From: Oscillospiraceae bacterium
GTDB taxonomy: Bacteria > Bacillota > Clostridia > Oscillospirales > Oscillospiraceae
Assembly (NCBI GenBank): GCA_017447685.1
Contig: JAFSMZ010000053.1
Span: forward strand, 2,914 to 66,913
DNA: 64,000 nt
Direction of reading: 5' to 3'
The notes beneath the pieces are model-generated. The model did not search any database. It was not told where the DNA came from and saw only the letters and a program-made list of their open reading frames with translations. The position numbers and the translations under genes were made by a program. This document shows, in pieces, positions 1-8,535 of the stretch (position 1 is its first letter; every line of letters starts with the position of its first letter).

Positions 1-100
1 CATGGATTATTCCGACCCGGAGAACATCCGTCCCCAGTTTTTCCGGGCGGAGCTGCAGCGGGGCATACTGGACCTGCGGGATTGTGAGGTGTTCCGATGA
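1..100 (+). CDS. cas5: Cas5 (type I-C Cas5c/Cas5d) C-terminal fragment; the gene starts upstream of the window
   Basis: Open frame from the window edge to TGA 98-100 (..DYSDPENIRPQFFRAELQRGILDLRDCEVFR*). ATGA overlap with the cas8c start at 97. Sits directly upstream of cas8c-cas7, as in type I-C operons. Confidence 0.5.
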   Translation, partial: MDYSDPENIRPQFFRAELQRGILDLRDCEVFR

Positions 101-1851
101 TCCTTCAGGCTTTGGTGGATTATTATGAGGAACTGGCCTCGCAGGGAAAGCTTCCCCGTCCCGGCTGGGCAACAGTAAAAGTGTCCTGGGCGCTGGAGAT
201 CGACGGATCCGGCAGGCTTCTGGATGTGCTTCCCCTCCGCCATCCCAGCGAGGACGGGAAGAGGATGCTGCCTCTGGAGATGGAACTGCCTGCTCCGGTG
301 AAACGCTCCTCCGGTGTGCTGCCGAACTTCCTGTGGGACAACTCCTCTTATCTCCTGGGGCTGGACAACAAGGGAAAAGCAAAACGGGCGGAGGAGTGTT
401 TTGCAGCGGCAAAAGCCCTGCACCTCAAATTGCTCTCTGATGCGGACAGCCTCACAGCGAAAGCAATCTCTGCGTTTTTCTCCACCTGGGATCCGAAGAC
501 GGCGGACAAGATCTCTGCCTTTGCTGCCCATCGGGAGGACCTGCTTGCCGGGGAAAACCTGTGCTTCTTCTGCTGCGGCGTCTTTGCGCAGGACGACCCG
601 CTGATCCGGGAGATTTGGGAGGCTGCTTATGAGGAAAGCGCCGAAGGAGAAGCCGAGCCCTGCCTCATCACCGGAAAGGAAACTGTCCCCGAGCTTGTAC
701 ACCCTGCCATCAAGAATGTCCGGGACGCCCAGTCCTCCGGCGCGGCGCTGGTCTCCTTCAATGCTCCGGCCTTCTGCTCCTACGGAAAAGAGCAAAACGC
801 CAACGCGCCTGTCAGCAAATATGCGGCCTTTGCCTATACCACGGCGCTGAACCGCCTCCTGGCGGATCGGGAGCATGTCAAGGTCATCGGCAATACCACG
901 GTGATCTATTGGGCCAAAAGCGCTGAGAGCCAGTATCAGGATATTTTCACCGCTCTGCTTGACGGCGCGGGCGACAGCGTGACCGACGCCGATCTCAATG
1001 CGCTCATGACCTCCGTCGCCGCTGGCAAGCCCTACAACTATGACGGGCTTCCCATCGAGCCGGAGAACGAATTCTTTATCCTTGGCATCTCGCCCAACGC
1101 AGCCCGCTTGTCCGTCCGCTTTTTCTATCGCAGCAGCTTTGGCCGCGTCGTGGAGAACCTGAAACGGCATTATGACGATATCCGGATCGTCTCCGACGGA
1201 CGCAGCAAGTGGAACACCACGCCCCTCTGGGCGCTTCTGCGCGAGACGGTGAACCAGAAAGCCAGCGATAAAAGCCCGCTTCCCCAGCTGGCCGGAGACA
1301 TGATGAAATCCATGCTCGGCGGCGGGAGATATCCGGAGACGCTCATGCAGCAGACCCTGCTGCGCATCCGGGCGGAGCATATCGTCACCCGCGAAAAAGC
1401 GGGTATCGTAAAAGCCTATCTGATCCGCAATACAGAAAATCATCCCCAACGGGGATCCATCATGGAGGTGACAACCGTGTCCTTGAATCCCGAAAGCGCG
1501 TATCCCCCTTATGTCCTCGGACGGCTCTTCGCCGTGCTGGAGGGCGCCCAGCAGGCGGCCAATCCCGGCATCAACGCCACCATCAAAGACCGCTTCTTCA
1601 ATTCCGCCTGCGCAACGCCTGCGGCGGTCTTCCCCCTCTTGCTGAAGCTCTCCAACAGCCATCTGAAAAAGATGGACGCGGGAAAAGCCATCTGGTGGTC
1701 CAGACAGATCGGAGAGCTCATCGACCGGCTCGGCGTGGACTTCCCCGCGCACCAGACGCTGCAGGAGCAGGGCGCTTTTATCCTCGGCTATTACCATCAG
1801 ACCCAGAAACGTTTTGAAAAGAAAAACAATACCGATAAGGAGGCAGAATAA
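97..1851 (+). CDS. cas8c: Cas8c/Csd1, type I-C Cascade large subunit
   Basis: 584-aa ORF. The N-terminus MILQALVDYYEEL.. and the length are recognised as Csd1-like. Flanked by the cas5 fragment and cas7, and a type I-C-style repeat array follows. Confidence 0.85.
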   Translation: MILQALVDYYEELASQGKLPRPGWATVKVSWALEIDGSGRLLDVLPLRHPSEDGKRMLPLEMELPAPVKRSSGVLPNFLWDNSSYLLGLDNKGKAKRAEECFAAAKALHLKLLSDADSLTAKAISAFFSTWDPKTADKISAFAAHREDLLAGENLCFFCCGVFAQDDPLIREIWEAAYEESAEGEAEPCLITGKETVPELVHPAIKNVRDAQSSGAALVSFNAPAFCSYGKEQNANAPVSKYAAFAYTTALNRLLADREHVKVIGNTTVIYWAKSAESQYQDIFTALLDGAGDSVTDADLNALMTSVAAGKPYNYDGLPIEPENEFFILGISPNAARLSVRFFYRSSFGRVVENLKRHYDDIRIVSDGRSKWNTTPLWALLRETVNQKASDKSPLPQLAGDMMKSMLGGGRYPETLMQQTLLRIRAEHIVTREKAGIVKAYLIRNTENHPQRGSIMEVTTVSLNPESAYPPYVLGRLFAVLEGAQQAANPGINATIKDRFFNSACATPAAVFPLLLKLSNSHLKKMDAGKAIWWSRQIGELIDRLGVDFPAHQTLQEQGAFILGYYHQTQKRFEKKNNTDKEAE

Positions 1852-1852
1852 A

Positions 1853-2743
1853 ATGTCTGAAGCGATCAAGAACAGGTATGAATTTGTGGTGCTCTTCGAT
1901 GTGGAGAACGGCAATCCCAACGGCGACCCCGACGCGGGCAACATTCCCCGGGTCGATCCCGAGACGGGCTACGGCATTGTGACCGACGTCTGCCTCAAGC
2001 GCAAGATCCGCAATTACGTGGAGACGGTGAAGGAAGATCAGCCCGGCTTTGAGATCTACATCAAGGAGGGCGTCCCCCTCAACCGCAGCGACCGGCGCGC
2101 CTTCGAATACCTGGGCCTGGAAGAGGGCAAGGTCAAGGAGGCAAAGAAGGCCGACAAGGATCTGGACCGCAAAGTCCGGGACTTCATGTGCCGGAACTTC
2201 TTTGATGTCCGTACTTTCGGAGCGGTCATGACCACCTTCACCAAAAACGCCCTCAACTGCGGCCAGGTCCGCGGCCCCGTGCAGCTCTCCTTTGCCCGCA
2301 GCGTGGACCCCATCGTCCCTCAGGAGCTCACCATCACCCGCACCGCCATCACCACCGAGGCGGATGCGGAGAACAAGAAAACCGAAATGGGCCGCAAATT
2401 CATCGTGCCCTATGGCCTCTACCGGGCCGAGGGCTATGTGTCCGCCAATCTGGCCCGCAAGACCACCGGTTTCTCCGAGGAGGATCTGGAGCTTCTCTGG
2501 CAGGCGATCTTGAACATGTTTGAAAACGATCATGCCGCCGGAAGAGGCAAGATGGCGGTACGCAAACTCATCATCTTCAGGCATGATTCCGAGCTCGGCA
2601 ATGCCCCGGCCCATAAGCTCTTTGACGCGGTCTCTGTCAAGCGTCTGGACGAGAGCAGCCCCGCCCGCTGCTTTGCCGATTACGTCCTCACCGTGGACGA
2701 GTCTGCGATCCCTGCCGGCGTGACCGTGGAGTACAGGGAGTAA
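1853..2743 (+). CDS. cas7: Cas7c/Csd2, type I-C Cascade backbone subunit
   Basis: ATG 1853 is preceded by AAGGAGG (1837-1843). MSEAIKNRYEFVVLFDVENGNPNGDPDAGN.. is the Csd2/DevR-type N-terminal motif. The track ORF start at 1814 lies inside cas8c and is rejected. Confidence 0.9.
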   Translation: MSEAIKNRYEFVVLFDVENGNPNGDPDAGNIPRVDPETGYGIVTDVCLKRKIRNYVETVKEDQPGFEIYIKEGVPLNRSDRRAFEYLGLEEGKVKEAKKADKDLDRKVRDFMCRNFFDVRTFGAVMTTFTKNALNCGQVRGPVQLSFARSVDPIVPQELTITRTAITTEADAENKKTEMGRKFIVPYGLYRAEGYVSANLARKTTGFSEEDLELLWQAILNMFENDHAAGRGKMAVRKLIIFRHDSELGNAPAHKLFDAVSVKRLDESSPARCFADYVLTVDESAIPAGVTVEYRE

Positions 2744-2746
2744 AAA

Positions 2747-4525
2747 GTCTCGCCCCACGTGGGCGAGTGGATTGAAATAATGTGATCCCCTGCAGCGATT
2801 TCCGCGTGGAATAGTCTCGCCCCAGGCGGGGCGAGTGGATTGAAATCCTTCTTCCCGCCCAAACGCGGCACCCCGCGCCCGTCTCGCCCCACGCGGGGCG
2901 AGTGGATTGAAATGGAAAGAATCATCTGTAGGAGGGATGAAATTGGCGTCTCGCCCCACTCGGGGCGAGTGGATTGAAACTCGCCCAAAAATTCCTTCGT
3001 ATGTTTCCACACGGTGTCTCGCCTCATGCGGGCGAGTGGATTGAAATTACGGCAATCCCCAGAATTGCGAGCTGCCCATCTTGTCTCGCCCCACGCGGGG
3101 CGAGTGGATTGAAATCTGCAGTGTCATAAGTATGCCCACGGCAAATGCAGTCTCGCCCCACGCGGGGCAAGTGGATTGAAATCTCGTAGGTGATGCGCTC
3201 ATCTCCGATCACAAGCTGTCTCGCCCCATGCGGGGCGAGTGGATTGAAATTACATGCCGGTGCAGCCTGCCGGTTACGGCTACGGTCTCGCCCCGAGTGG
3301 GGCGAGTGGATTGAAATCCTGTGTTTGCCAATATCGGTAACCAGCCTGTTTAGTCTCGCCCCAGGCGGGGCGAGTGGATTGAAATCTTGACCACTGCATC
3401 TACGAGCTGGACAAGCACAGTCTCGCCCCACGCGGGGCGAGTGGATTGAAATTTGGTGCGAGTTTTGGCCAACGCCACAGCCTCCTTGTCTCGCCCCACG
3501 CGGGGCGAGTGGATTGAAATAACGGAGAAATTGGTGAGCTGCCTGGTTGCCGCTGACTCGCCCTGCTTGGGCGCGTGGATTGAAATTCGCCGAAAAACTC
3601 TTTTGTTTGCTTCCACACGCCTTCTCGCTCCATGTGGGCGAAGGGATAGAAATAACATCCTGAAACTTGTGGTTGGATTTATCGTGGGTCTCGTCCTACA
3701 AGGGGTGAGTGGATTGAAATATCATGGACATTGACCGAGGTATCAACACCAGCGGTCTCGCCCCATGCGGGGGAGGGGATTGAAATGTACAGGTACGGAT
3801 TGGTACGCCTTATTTGCATGTCTCGCCCCACGCGGGGCGAGTGGATTGAAACTCGTTCCGGATGATCTTCCGGCGGGCAATCTCCGTCTCGCCCCACGCG
3901 GAGCGAGTGGATTGAAATAGTGCCTTTTTTCAAGCACTCCTTTCAATTTGGTGTCTCGCCCCACGGGGGGCGAGTGGATTGAAATAACGACCTTGAGCTC
4001 AACTGCTACATGGTGGCCGTGTCTCGCCCCACGCGGGCGAGTGGATTGAAATATCGAGAACGTGGGCGCACCTGTCCTGAAGGGTACGTCTCGCCCCAGA
4101 CGGGACGAGTGGATTGAAATACCAAGGGCATTGCTTACGCCGAGTTTTTTGACGTGTCTCGCCCCACGCGGGGCGAGTGGATTGAAATAAAAAGACAGGC
4201 CGGCACTTTCCCATTGAGGATCGTCTCGCCCCACGCGGGGCGAGTGGATTGAAATCAGATGCAGAAGTGGCTTGAAAAGTCTGCTCTTTGTCTCGCCCCA
4301 CGCGGGGCAAGTGGATTGATATTTCTTTTGGGCTTCGTATTTGGAAATCTCGCTCATGCCTCGCCCCACGTGGGCGAGTGGATTGAAATGGCCTTAGATT
4401 GATATAAAAACCGCAGTGCTTCGGTCTCGCCCTACGCGGGGCGAGTGGATTGAAATTCTCCGAAAAACTCCTTGGTATGTTCCCAGACCAAAGTCTCGCC
4501 CCACGCGGGGCGAGTGGATTGAAAG
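2747..4525 (+). CRISPR. CRISPR array, 27 repeats and 26 spacers, type I-C repeat family
   Basis: Consensus repeat GTCTCGCCCCACGCGGGGCGAGTGGATTGAAAT (33 bp; internal palindrome CGCCCC/GGGGCG; 3' ATTGAAAT handle). Repeat starts: 2747, 2814, 2881, 2948, 3016, 3083, 3150, 3218, 3285, 3353, 3420, 3488, 3555, 3621, 3688, 3755, 3820, 3886, 3953, 4021, 4088, 4156, 4223, 4290, 4358, 4424, 4493. Spacers are 33-36 bp. Confidence 0.97.
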
Positions 4526-4573
4526 GTGTCGTCAATCTCATAGCCCTTCGGCGTGTCGAAGTCACCCCCAACG

Positions 4574-4605
4574 AAAAAAGCAGAGGCAAAAGCCTCTGCT
4601 TTTTT
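4574..4605. terminator. Bidirectional rho-independent terminator
   Basis: AAAAAA-GCAGAGGC-aaaa-GCCTCTGC-TTTTTT. Lies between the array end and the convergent peptidase gene. Confidence 0.7.
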
Positions 4606-4731
4606 CATAAAGAAAGACGGATTGTACCCGCAGGGCAGGCCCTACGACCAGTTTGAGAGCAGGTCTTGCGATGACAGTGTAATTTGAAGCGAGTCTTTTG
4701 TTATCTCTGTCGTCGCTCTTCCGCCTTCCGC

Positions 4732-5964
4732 TCACTGCTCTTTCCTTTTCCGGAACAGGTATTCGTCCAGCTCCTTCTTCACCTTCTCGGGGATCTCCCG
4801 GCCCACCGGGCAGACGGCCGCCTGGCACATCCGCCGGGTAAACTCCGCGATGAAGGCGATGTCCTTCTGCAGCTGCTCCATGCTCAGCACCTCGGGCCGG
4901 TCGTAGCGGCAGTGGATGGGGGCCACGTTGGTGCCGGCGATCCGCGCCAGGGACAGCGCAGGCACGCCCTTGTCGGCAAAGGGGGTGGAGTCGCTGGAAT
5001 AGACGCCGACGCTGGCCGTCAGGGGGAAGCCCAGCTCCGCGCCCATGTAGCTCAGATAGTGGGCCAGCTTCTCCTCGGCGGAGACCCGGGCGATGAACTT
5101 GCCCATGATGGTGCCGATCATGTCCAGATTGATGTTCAGGGCGACCTGCGAAAGCTCCTCCTCGTGGGCCTTCACATAGGCCTTGGAGCCCAGCAGACCC
5201 CGCTCCTCGCTGCCGCAGAACACAAAGCGCAGCCCGTAGCGGCGCTTTTTGCCCTTCATGGCCTCCAGCACGCCAAGCAGCCCTACGCAGCCGGTCATGT
5301 TGTCATAGGAACCGTGGGAGAGGGCGGTGCTGTCGTAGTGGGCGGAGAGGACGATCCACTCCTCCGTCTCCCCGGGCAGCTCCGCGATCACGTTGTGGGA
5401 GGCGCCCTCGTATTCCTTCTGCCGGATCCGGATGCGGATGCGCTGCGCCTTGTTTTTCACGAGACTCACCGCGCTCTCGCTGTGGATCATGGCGCAGAGC
5501 ACCTTCCGCTCCTCGCCCACCACGTGGGCCCGCAGGTCCCGCTCGTCGATGTCCCGGTTGGGGAAGTGGAGATTACCGTACTGGAACAGGATGCCCCTGG
5601 CCCCGGCCTTCATCAGGTCCTGATAGGGGAAGAAGCCGATGCCCTGGCTGTCCAGCAGCACGATCTTGTCCTTGGCCCCGGCGATGGAGACCTTGTCCAG
5701 CCCGGGCATGTAGTAGAGCTCGCCCTCCACCTCGCCGCTGCCGCAGCAGAAAAAGCCCTTGCAGGGGATCTCCTTCCCGTCGGCAAAGACCCGGGCCTCC
5801 TCCATCTCCGCCATGGGCACGGGGAAGCTCTCCAGCCAGGCCTTCGCGCCCAGCGCCTCGCAGCGGGCCTTCAGATATTCCGCCGCCTGCAGCTCCTCAG
5901 GCGTGCCGCTGCGGTGGACAAAGTCGGTGTCCAGAAAGATCTTTTTCAAAGCGCGTTGATTCAT
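4732..5964 (-). CDS. M28-family metallo-aminopeptidase (with PA-like insert)
   Basis: Start ATG 5964 is preceded by AAAGGAG (the track ORF start at 6099 has no RBS). Motifs HYDSTALSHGSYDNMTG, FCGSEERGLLGS and LNINLDMIG resemble the M28 zinc-ligand blocks. Confidence 0.7.
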   Translation of the reverse strand: MNQRALKKIFLDTDFVHRSGTPEELQAAEYLKARCEALGAKAWLESFPVPMAEMEEARVFADGKEIPCKGFFCCGSGEVEGELYYMPGLDKVSIAGAKDKIVLLDSQGIGFFPYQDLMKAGARGILFQYGNLHFPNRDIDERDLRAHVVGEERKVLCAMIHSESAVSLVKNKAQRIRIRIRQKEYEGASHNVIAELPGETEEWIVLSAHYDSTALSHGSYDNMTGCVGLLGVLEAMKGKKRRYGLRFVFCGSEERGLLGSKAYVKAHEEELSQVALNINLDMIGTIMGKFIARVSAEEKLAHYLSYMGAELGFPLTASVGVYSSDSTPFADKGVPALSLARIAGTNVAPIHCRYDRPEVLSMEQLQKDIAFIAEFTRRMCQAAVCPVGREIPEKVKKELDEYLFRKRKEQ

Positions 5965-6124
5965 GATGCTTGCTCCTTTCGTCTTTCTTGCCCCCACATC
6001 ATAGCAGACGCCGCCCGGAAACGCAACAGGGCGGCGCCTGTATTTGTCGCCTGCCGCGCGACCTCTCCCGTCCGAAGCCGCGCTATACTCAGGCTGCAAT
6101 CAAGAAAAAGGAGGAACACAGCAT

Positions 6125-6808
6125 ATGTTCAACGAAAAAATGGATCAGCAGAACGAGAAGAGAGAGGACCTGACGGAGCTTGTCTTCATCCTGGACCGCA
6201 GCGGCTCCATGAGCGGCCTGGAGGGGGACACCATCGGCGGCTTCAATTCCCTGGTGGAGAAGCAGAAGCAGCAGCGCGGCAAGTGCCTTGTCACCACCGT
6301 GCTGTTCGACAGCCGGGTCGTGACCCTGCACGACCGGGTGGAGCTGCAGGACCTGGGCCCCATGACCCGGGAGGACTACTGCGTCGGCGGCTGCACCGCG
6401 CTGCTGGACGCCCTGGGCGGCACCATCCGCCACATCGCCAACATCCACCGCTATGCCCGGCCCGAGGACGTGCCCGCCCGCACCTCCTTCGTCATCATGA
6501 CCGACGGCCTGGAGAATGCCAGCCGCTGCTTCGGCAGCGACGAGGTCAAGCGCATGATCCGCCACGAGAAGGAGAAATACGGCTGGGAGTTCCTCTTCCT
6601 CGCGGCCAACATCGACGCGGTGGAGACGGCGGAGCGCATCGGCATCCAGCGGGACCGGGCGGTGAATTACCACCCGGATAAGATGGGCGTCCGCGCGGCC
6701 TATAAGGCGGTGTCCGACGCGGTCAGCGCCCGCCGGGCCTGCGCCGAGCCCCTCTCCGCCGACTGGAGCGAGGAAGTGGACCGGGACTATCAGAACCGGA
6801 AGCGCTGA
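6125..6808 (+). CDS. Stand-alone von Willebrand factor A (vWA) domain protein
   Basis: ATG 6125 follows AAAAGGAGGA. MIDAS motif DRSGSMSG near the N-terminus, then ..TALLDAL.. and ..IMTDGLEN.. blocks. 227 aa. Confidence 0.7.
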   Translation: MFNEKMDQQNEKREDLTELVFILDRSGSMSGLEGDTIGGFNSLVEKQKQQRGKCLVTTVLFDSRVVTLHDRVELQDLGPMTREDYCVGGCTALLDALGGTIRHIANIHRYARPEDVPARTSFVIMTDGLENASRCFGSDEVKRMIRHEKEKYGWEFLFLAANIDAVETAERIGIQRDRAVNYHPDKMGVRAAYKAVSDAVSARRACAEPLSADWSEEVDRDYQNRKR

Positions 6809-6867
6809 TGGCCGGGAGGCTCGCGTTTCCCGCGGGAAGCGGCGGCTTCGGCATGGGCAGCCCCGGG

Positions 6868-6900
6868 AGGGCAGCGGCAGCCTCTTTGCCGCTGCCCTTT
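6868..6900 (+). terminator. Terminator-like hairpin downstream of the vWA gene
   Basis: GGGCAGCGGCA-loop-TGCCGCTGCCC followed by TTT. Confidence 0.45.
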
Positions 6901-6927
6901 GCGCGAAAAGCGATCGGTTGCTCCGAG

Positions 6928-6956
6928 TTGACAAAGAATAAAGAAGGAATTATAAT
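6928..6956 (+). promoter_or_regulatory. Sigma-A type promoter
   Basis: TTGACA (6928-6933), 17 nt, TATAAT (6951-6956). About 40 nt upstream of the ATG at 6999. Confidence 0.7.
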
Positions 6957-6998
6957 ACAACAGATAATGCCAAAGACAGGAAAACCGGAGACAGCCTT

Positions 6999-8270
6999 AT
7001 GATTCATCCTTCTCTCGTTTCATATATTGACCCCGGCACCGGCAGCATGCTGTTCACCATTCTGGTGGGCGTTCTGGGCGCCGGGCTTTATGCTGCTCGG
7101 GAGGCAGTGGTAAAGCTGCGCTTTTTCTTCAGCGGCGGGCACGCCGTCCGGAAAGAAGAGGAGCGCATGCCCTATGCCATCTTTGCGGATAACAAGCGAT
7201 ACTGGAATGTGTTTGGCCCGATCTGCGAGGAGTTCGAGGCCAGGGGAGAGGAACTGCATTACCTCACCGCCTCTCCCGACGATCCGGCGCTGGAGCGGGA
7301 GTTTCAGCATGTGAAATGCCGCTTCATCGGGGAAGGGAACAAGGCCTTTGCCGTGCTGAATATGCTCAAGGCGGATGTGCTGCTCTCCACGACGCCGGGC
7401 CTGGAGGTCTACCAGTGGAAACGCTCCAAAGGCGTGGGGTATTATATCCATATCCTGCACGCCTGCAGTGAGGTCACGCTCTACCGCATGTTCGGCGTGG
7501 ATTACTATGACGCGCTGCTGCTTTGCGGCGAGCATCAGATCCGCGAGACCAGGAAGCTGGAGGCCCTGCGGGGGCTGCCGCCCAAGGAGCTGGAGCTGGT
7601 GGGCGTCACCTATATGGATACCCTGCGCAAGCGCCTGGAGCAGGCGGAGCCTCTGCCGGAGCATGAGACCACGGTGCTGCTCGCGCCGTCCTGGGGCGAA
7701 AGCGCCATCCTGAAGCGCTACGGGGGAAGGATCCTGGACGCGCTGCTGAACTGCGGCTACCATGTCATCGTGCGGCCCCATCCCCAGTCCTTCAGCTCCG
7801 AGAAGGAAATGATCGAGGATCTGATGGCCCGCTATCCCGAAAGCGAAAAGCTGGAGTGGAACCGGGACCGGGACAACTTTGAGGTGCTGCGCCGCTCGGA
7901 TATCCTGATCTCGGACTTTTCCGGCGTGATTTTTGACTTCGCGCTGGTGTTTGACAAGCCCATCCTCTATGCCGACACCTCCTTTGACCCTTCGCCCTAT
8001 GACGCCTGCTGGCTGAAGGATGAACCGATCTGGAGCTTTGAGATCCTGCCGAAGCTGGGCATGCAGCTGACGGAGGAGGGCCTGGACCAGCTGGATGAGA
8101 TCATAAGCGCCTGCCTGGAGGATCCGCGCTTCCGGGAGGGAAGGGAGCTTGCCAGAAAGCAGAGTTGGACCCCGCGAGGGGACGCGGCCGCCAGGACGGC
8201 AGATTTCATGATGCGAAAGCGCAGGGAGCTGCTGGAAAACGAAAAGAAGGCCGCAGAAGGTGCAAAATAA
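6999..8270 (+). CDS. CDP-glycerol glycerophosphotransferase family protein (TagB/TagF-like)
   Basis: 423 aa with an N-terminal TM helix. C-terminal blocks VLLAPSWGES, VIVRPHPQS and DILISDFSGVIFDFALVFDKPILYAD resemble the Glyphos_transf family. Confidence 0.55.
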   Translation: MIHPSLVSYIDPGTGSMLFTILVGVLGAGLYAAREAVVKLRFFFSGGHAVRKEEERMPYAIFADNKRYWNVFGPICEEFEARGEELHYLTASPDDPALEREFQHVKCRFIGEGNKAFAVLNMLKADVLLSTTPGLEVYQWKRSKGVGYYIHILHACSEVTLYRMFGVDYYDALLLCGEHQIRETRKLEALRGLPPKELELVGVTYMDTLRKRLEQAEPLPEHETTVLLAPSWGESAILKRYGGRILDALLNCGYHVIVRPHPQSFSSEKEMIEDLMARYPESEKLEWNRDRDNFEVLRRSDILISDFSGVIFDFALVFDKPILYADTSFDPSPYDACWLKDEPIWSFEILPKLGMQLTEEGLDQLDEIISACLEDPRFREGRELARKQSWTPRGDAAARTADFMMRKRRELLENEKKAAEGAK

Positions 8271-8276
8271 TGAATT

Positions 8277-8312
8277 GAGAGCTGCTGACGGAAGGTCGGC
8301 AGCTCTTTTTTG
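8277..8312 (+). terminator. Rho-independent terminator
   Basis: GAGAGCTGCTGAC-ggaag-GTCGGCAGCTC followed by TTTTTT. Confidence 0.65.
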
Positions 8313-8379
8313 GATCAATAAATACCTTATCGCAAAGGGGTGGGGGTCAAAAGCCTTCCCCCCCAGGGGGAGAGCTTTT

Positions 8380-8413
8380 GGCGGCCGACCGATGGACGTC
8401 CCTACGGCGGGGG
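8380..8413 (+). repeat. Intergenic repeat family B copy (GGCGGnCGA..TCGyCCCTACrG)
   Basis: ggcggccgaccgatggacgtccctacggcggggg. Related copies at 13870, 17514 (inverted), 28579 and 28672. Confidence 0.6.
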
Positions 8414-8440
8414 ACTCCCTCAGTCACGGCGGCAGCACAG

Positions 8441-8486
8441 ACAAAAAACAAACAGGACACAAGGAGGAAGATCCTTGTGCCCTGTT
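8441..8486 (-). terminator. Rho-independent terminator of the GH94 gene
   Basis: On the minus strand: AACAGGGCACAAGG-loop-CCTTGTGTCCTGTT followed by TGTTTTTTGT. Confidence 0.65.
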
Positions 8487-8535
8487 CGTGAAAAGGAGAA
8501 AAAACGAGAAAACGTACGGAAAAGAGGGGAGACGC

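Noticed and set aside
7-1944. Very long ORFs antisense to or overlapping the called genes. Examples: 7-1944(-), 4684-6681(+), 8260-11052(+), 12139-14043(-), 13880-15889(-), 19071-22829(+), 31448-33055(+), 43994-46915(-), 49637-51313(+).
   Set aside because: These are typical shadow frames of GC-rich coding DNA. Their products are low-complexity and rich in Arg, Gly, Ala and Pro. They have no RBS and no recognisable domains, and each is fully covered by a strongly supported gene on the other strand or in another frame.
2680-4589. Minus-strand ORFs of 84-208 aa across the CRISPR array, with recurring FNPLAPRGAR / SIHSPRVGRD peptides.
   Set aside because: The recurring peptides are simply translations of the 33-bp repeat. 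The region is a CRISPR array, not coding sequence.
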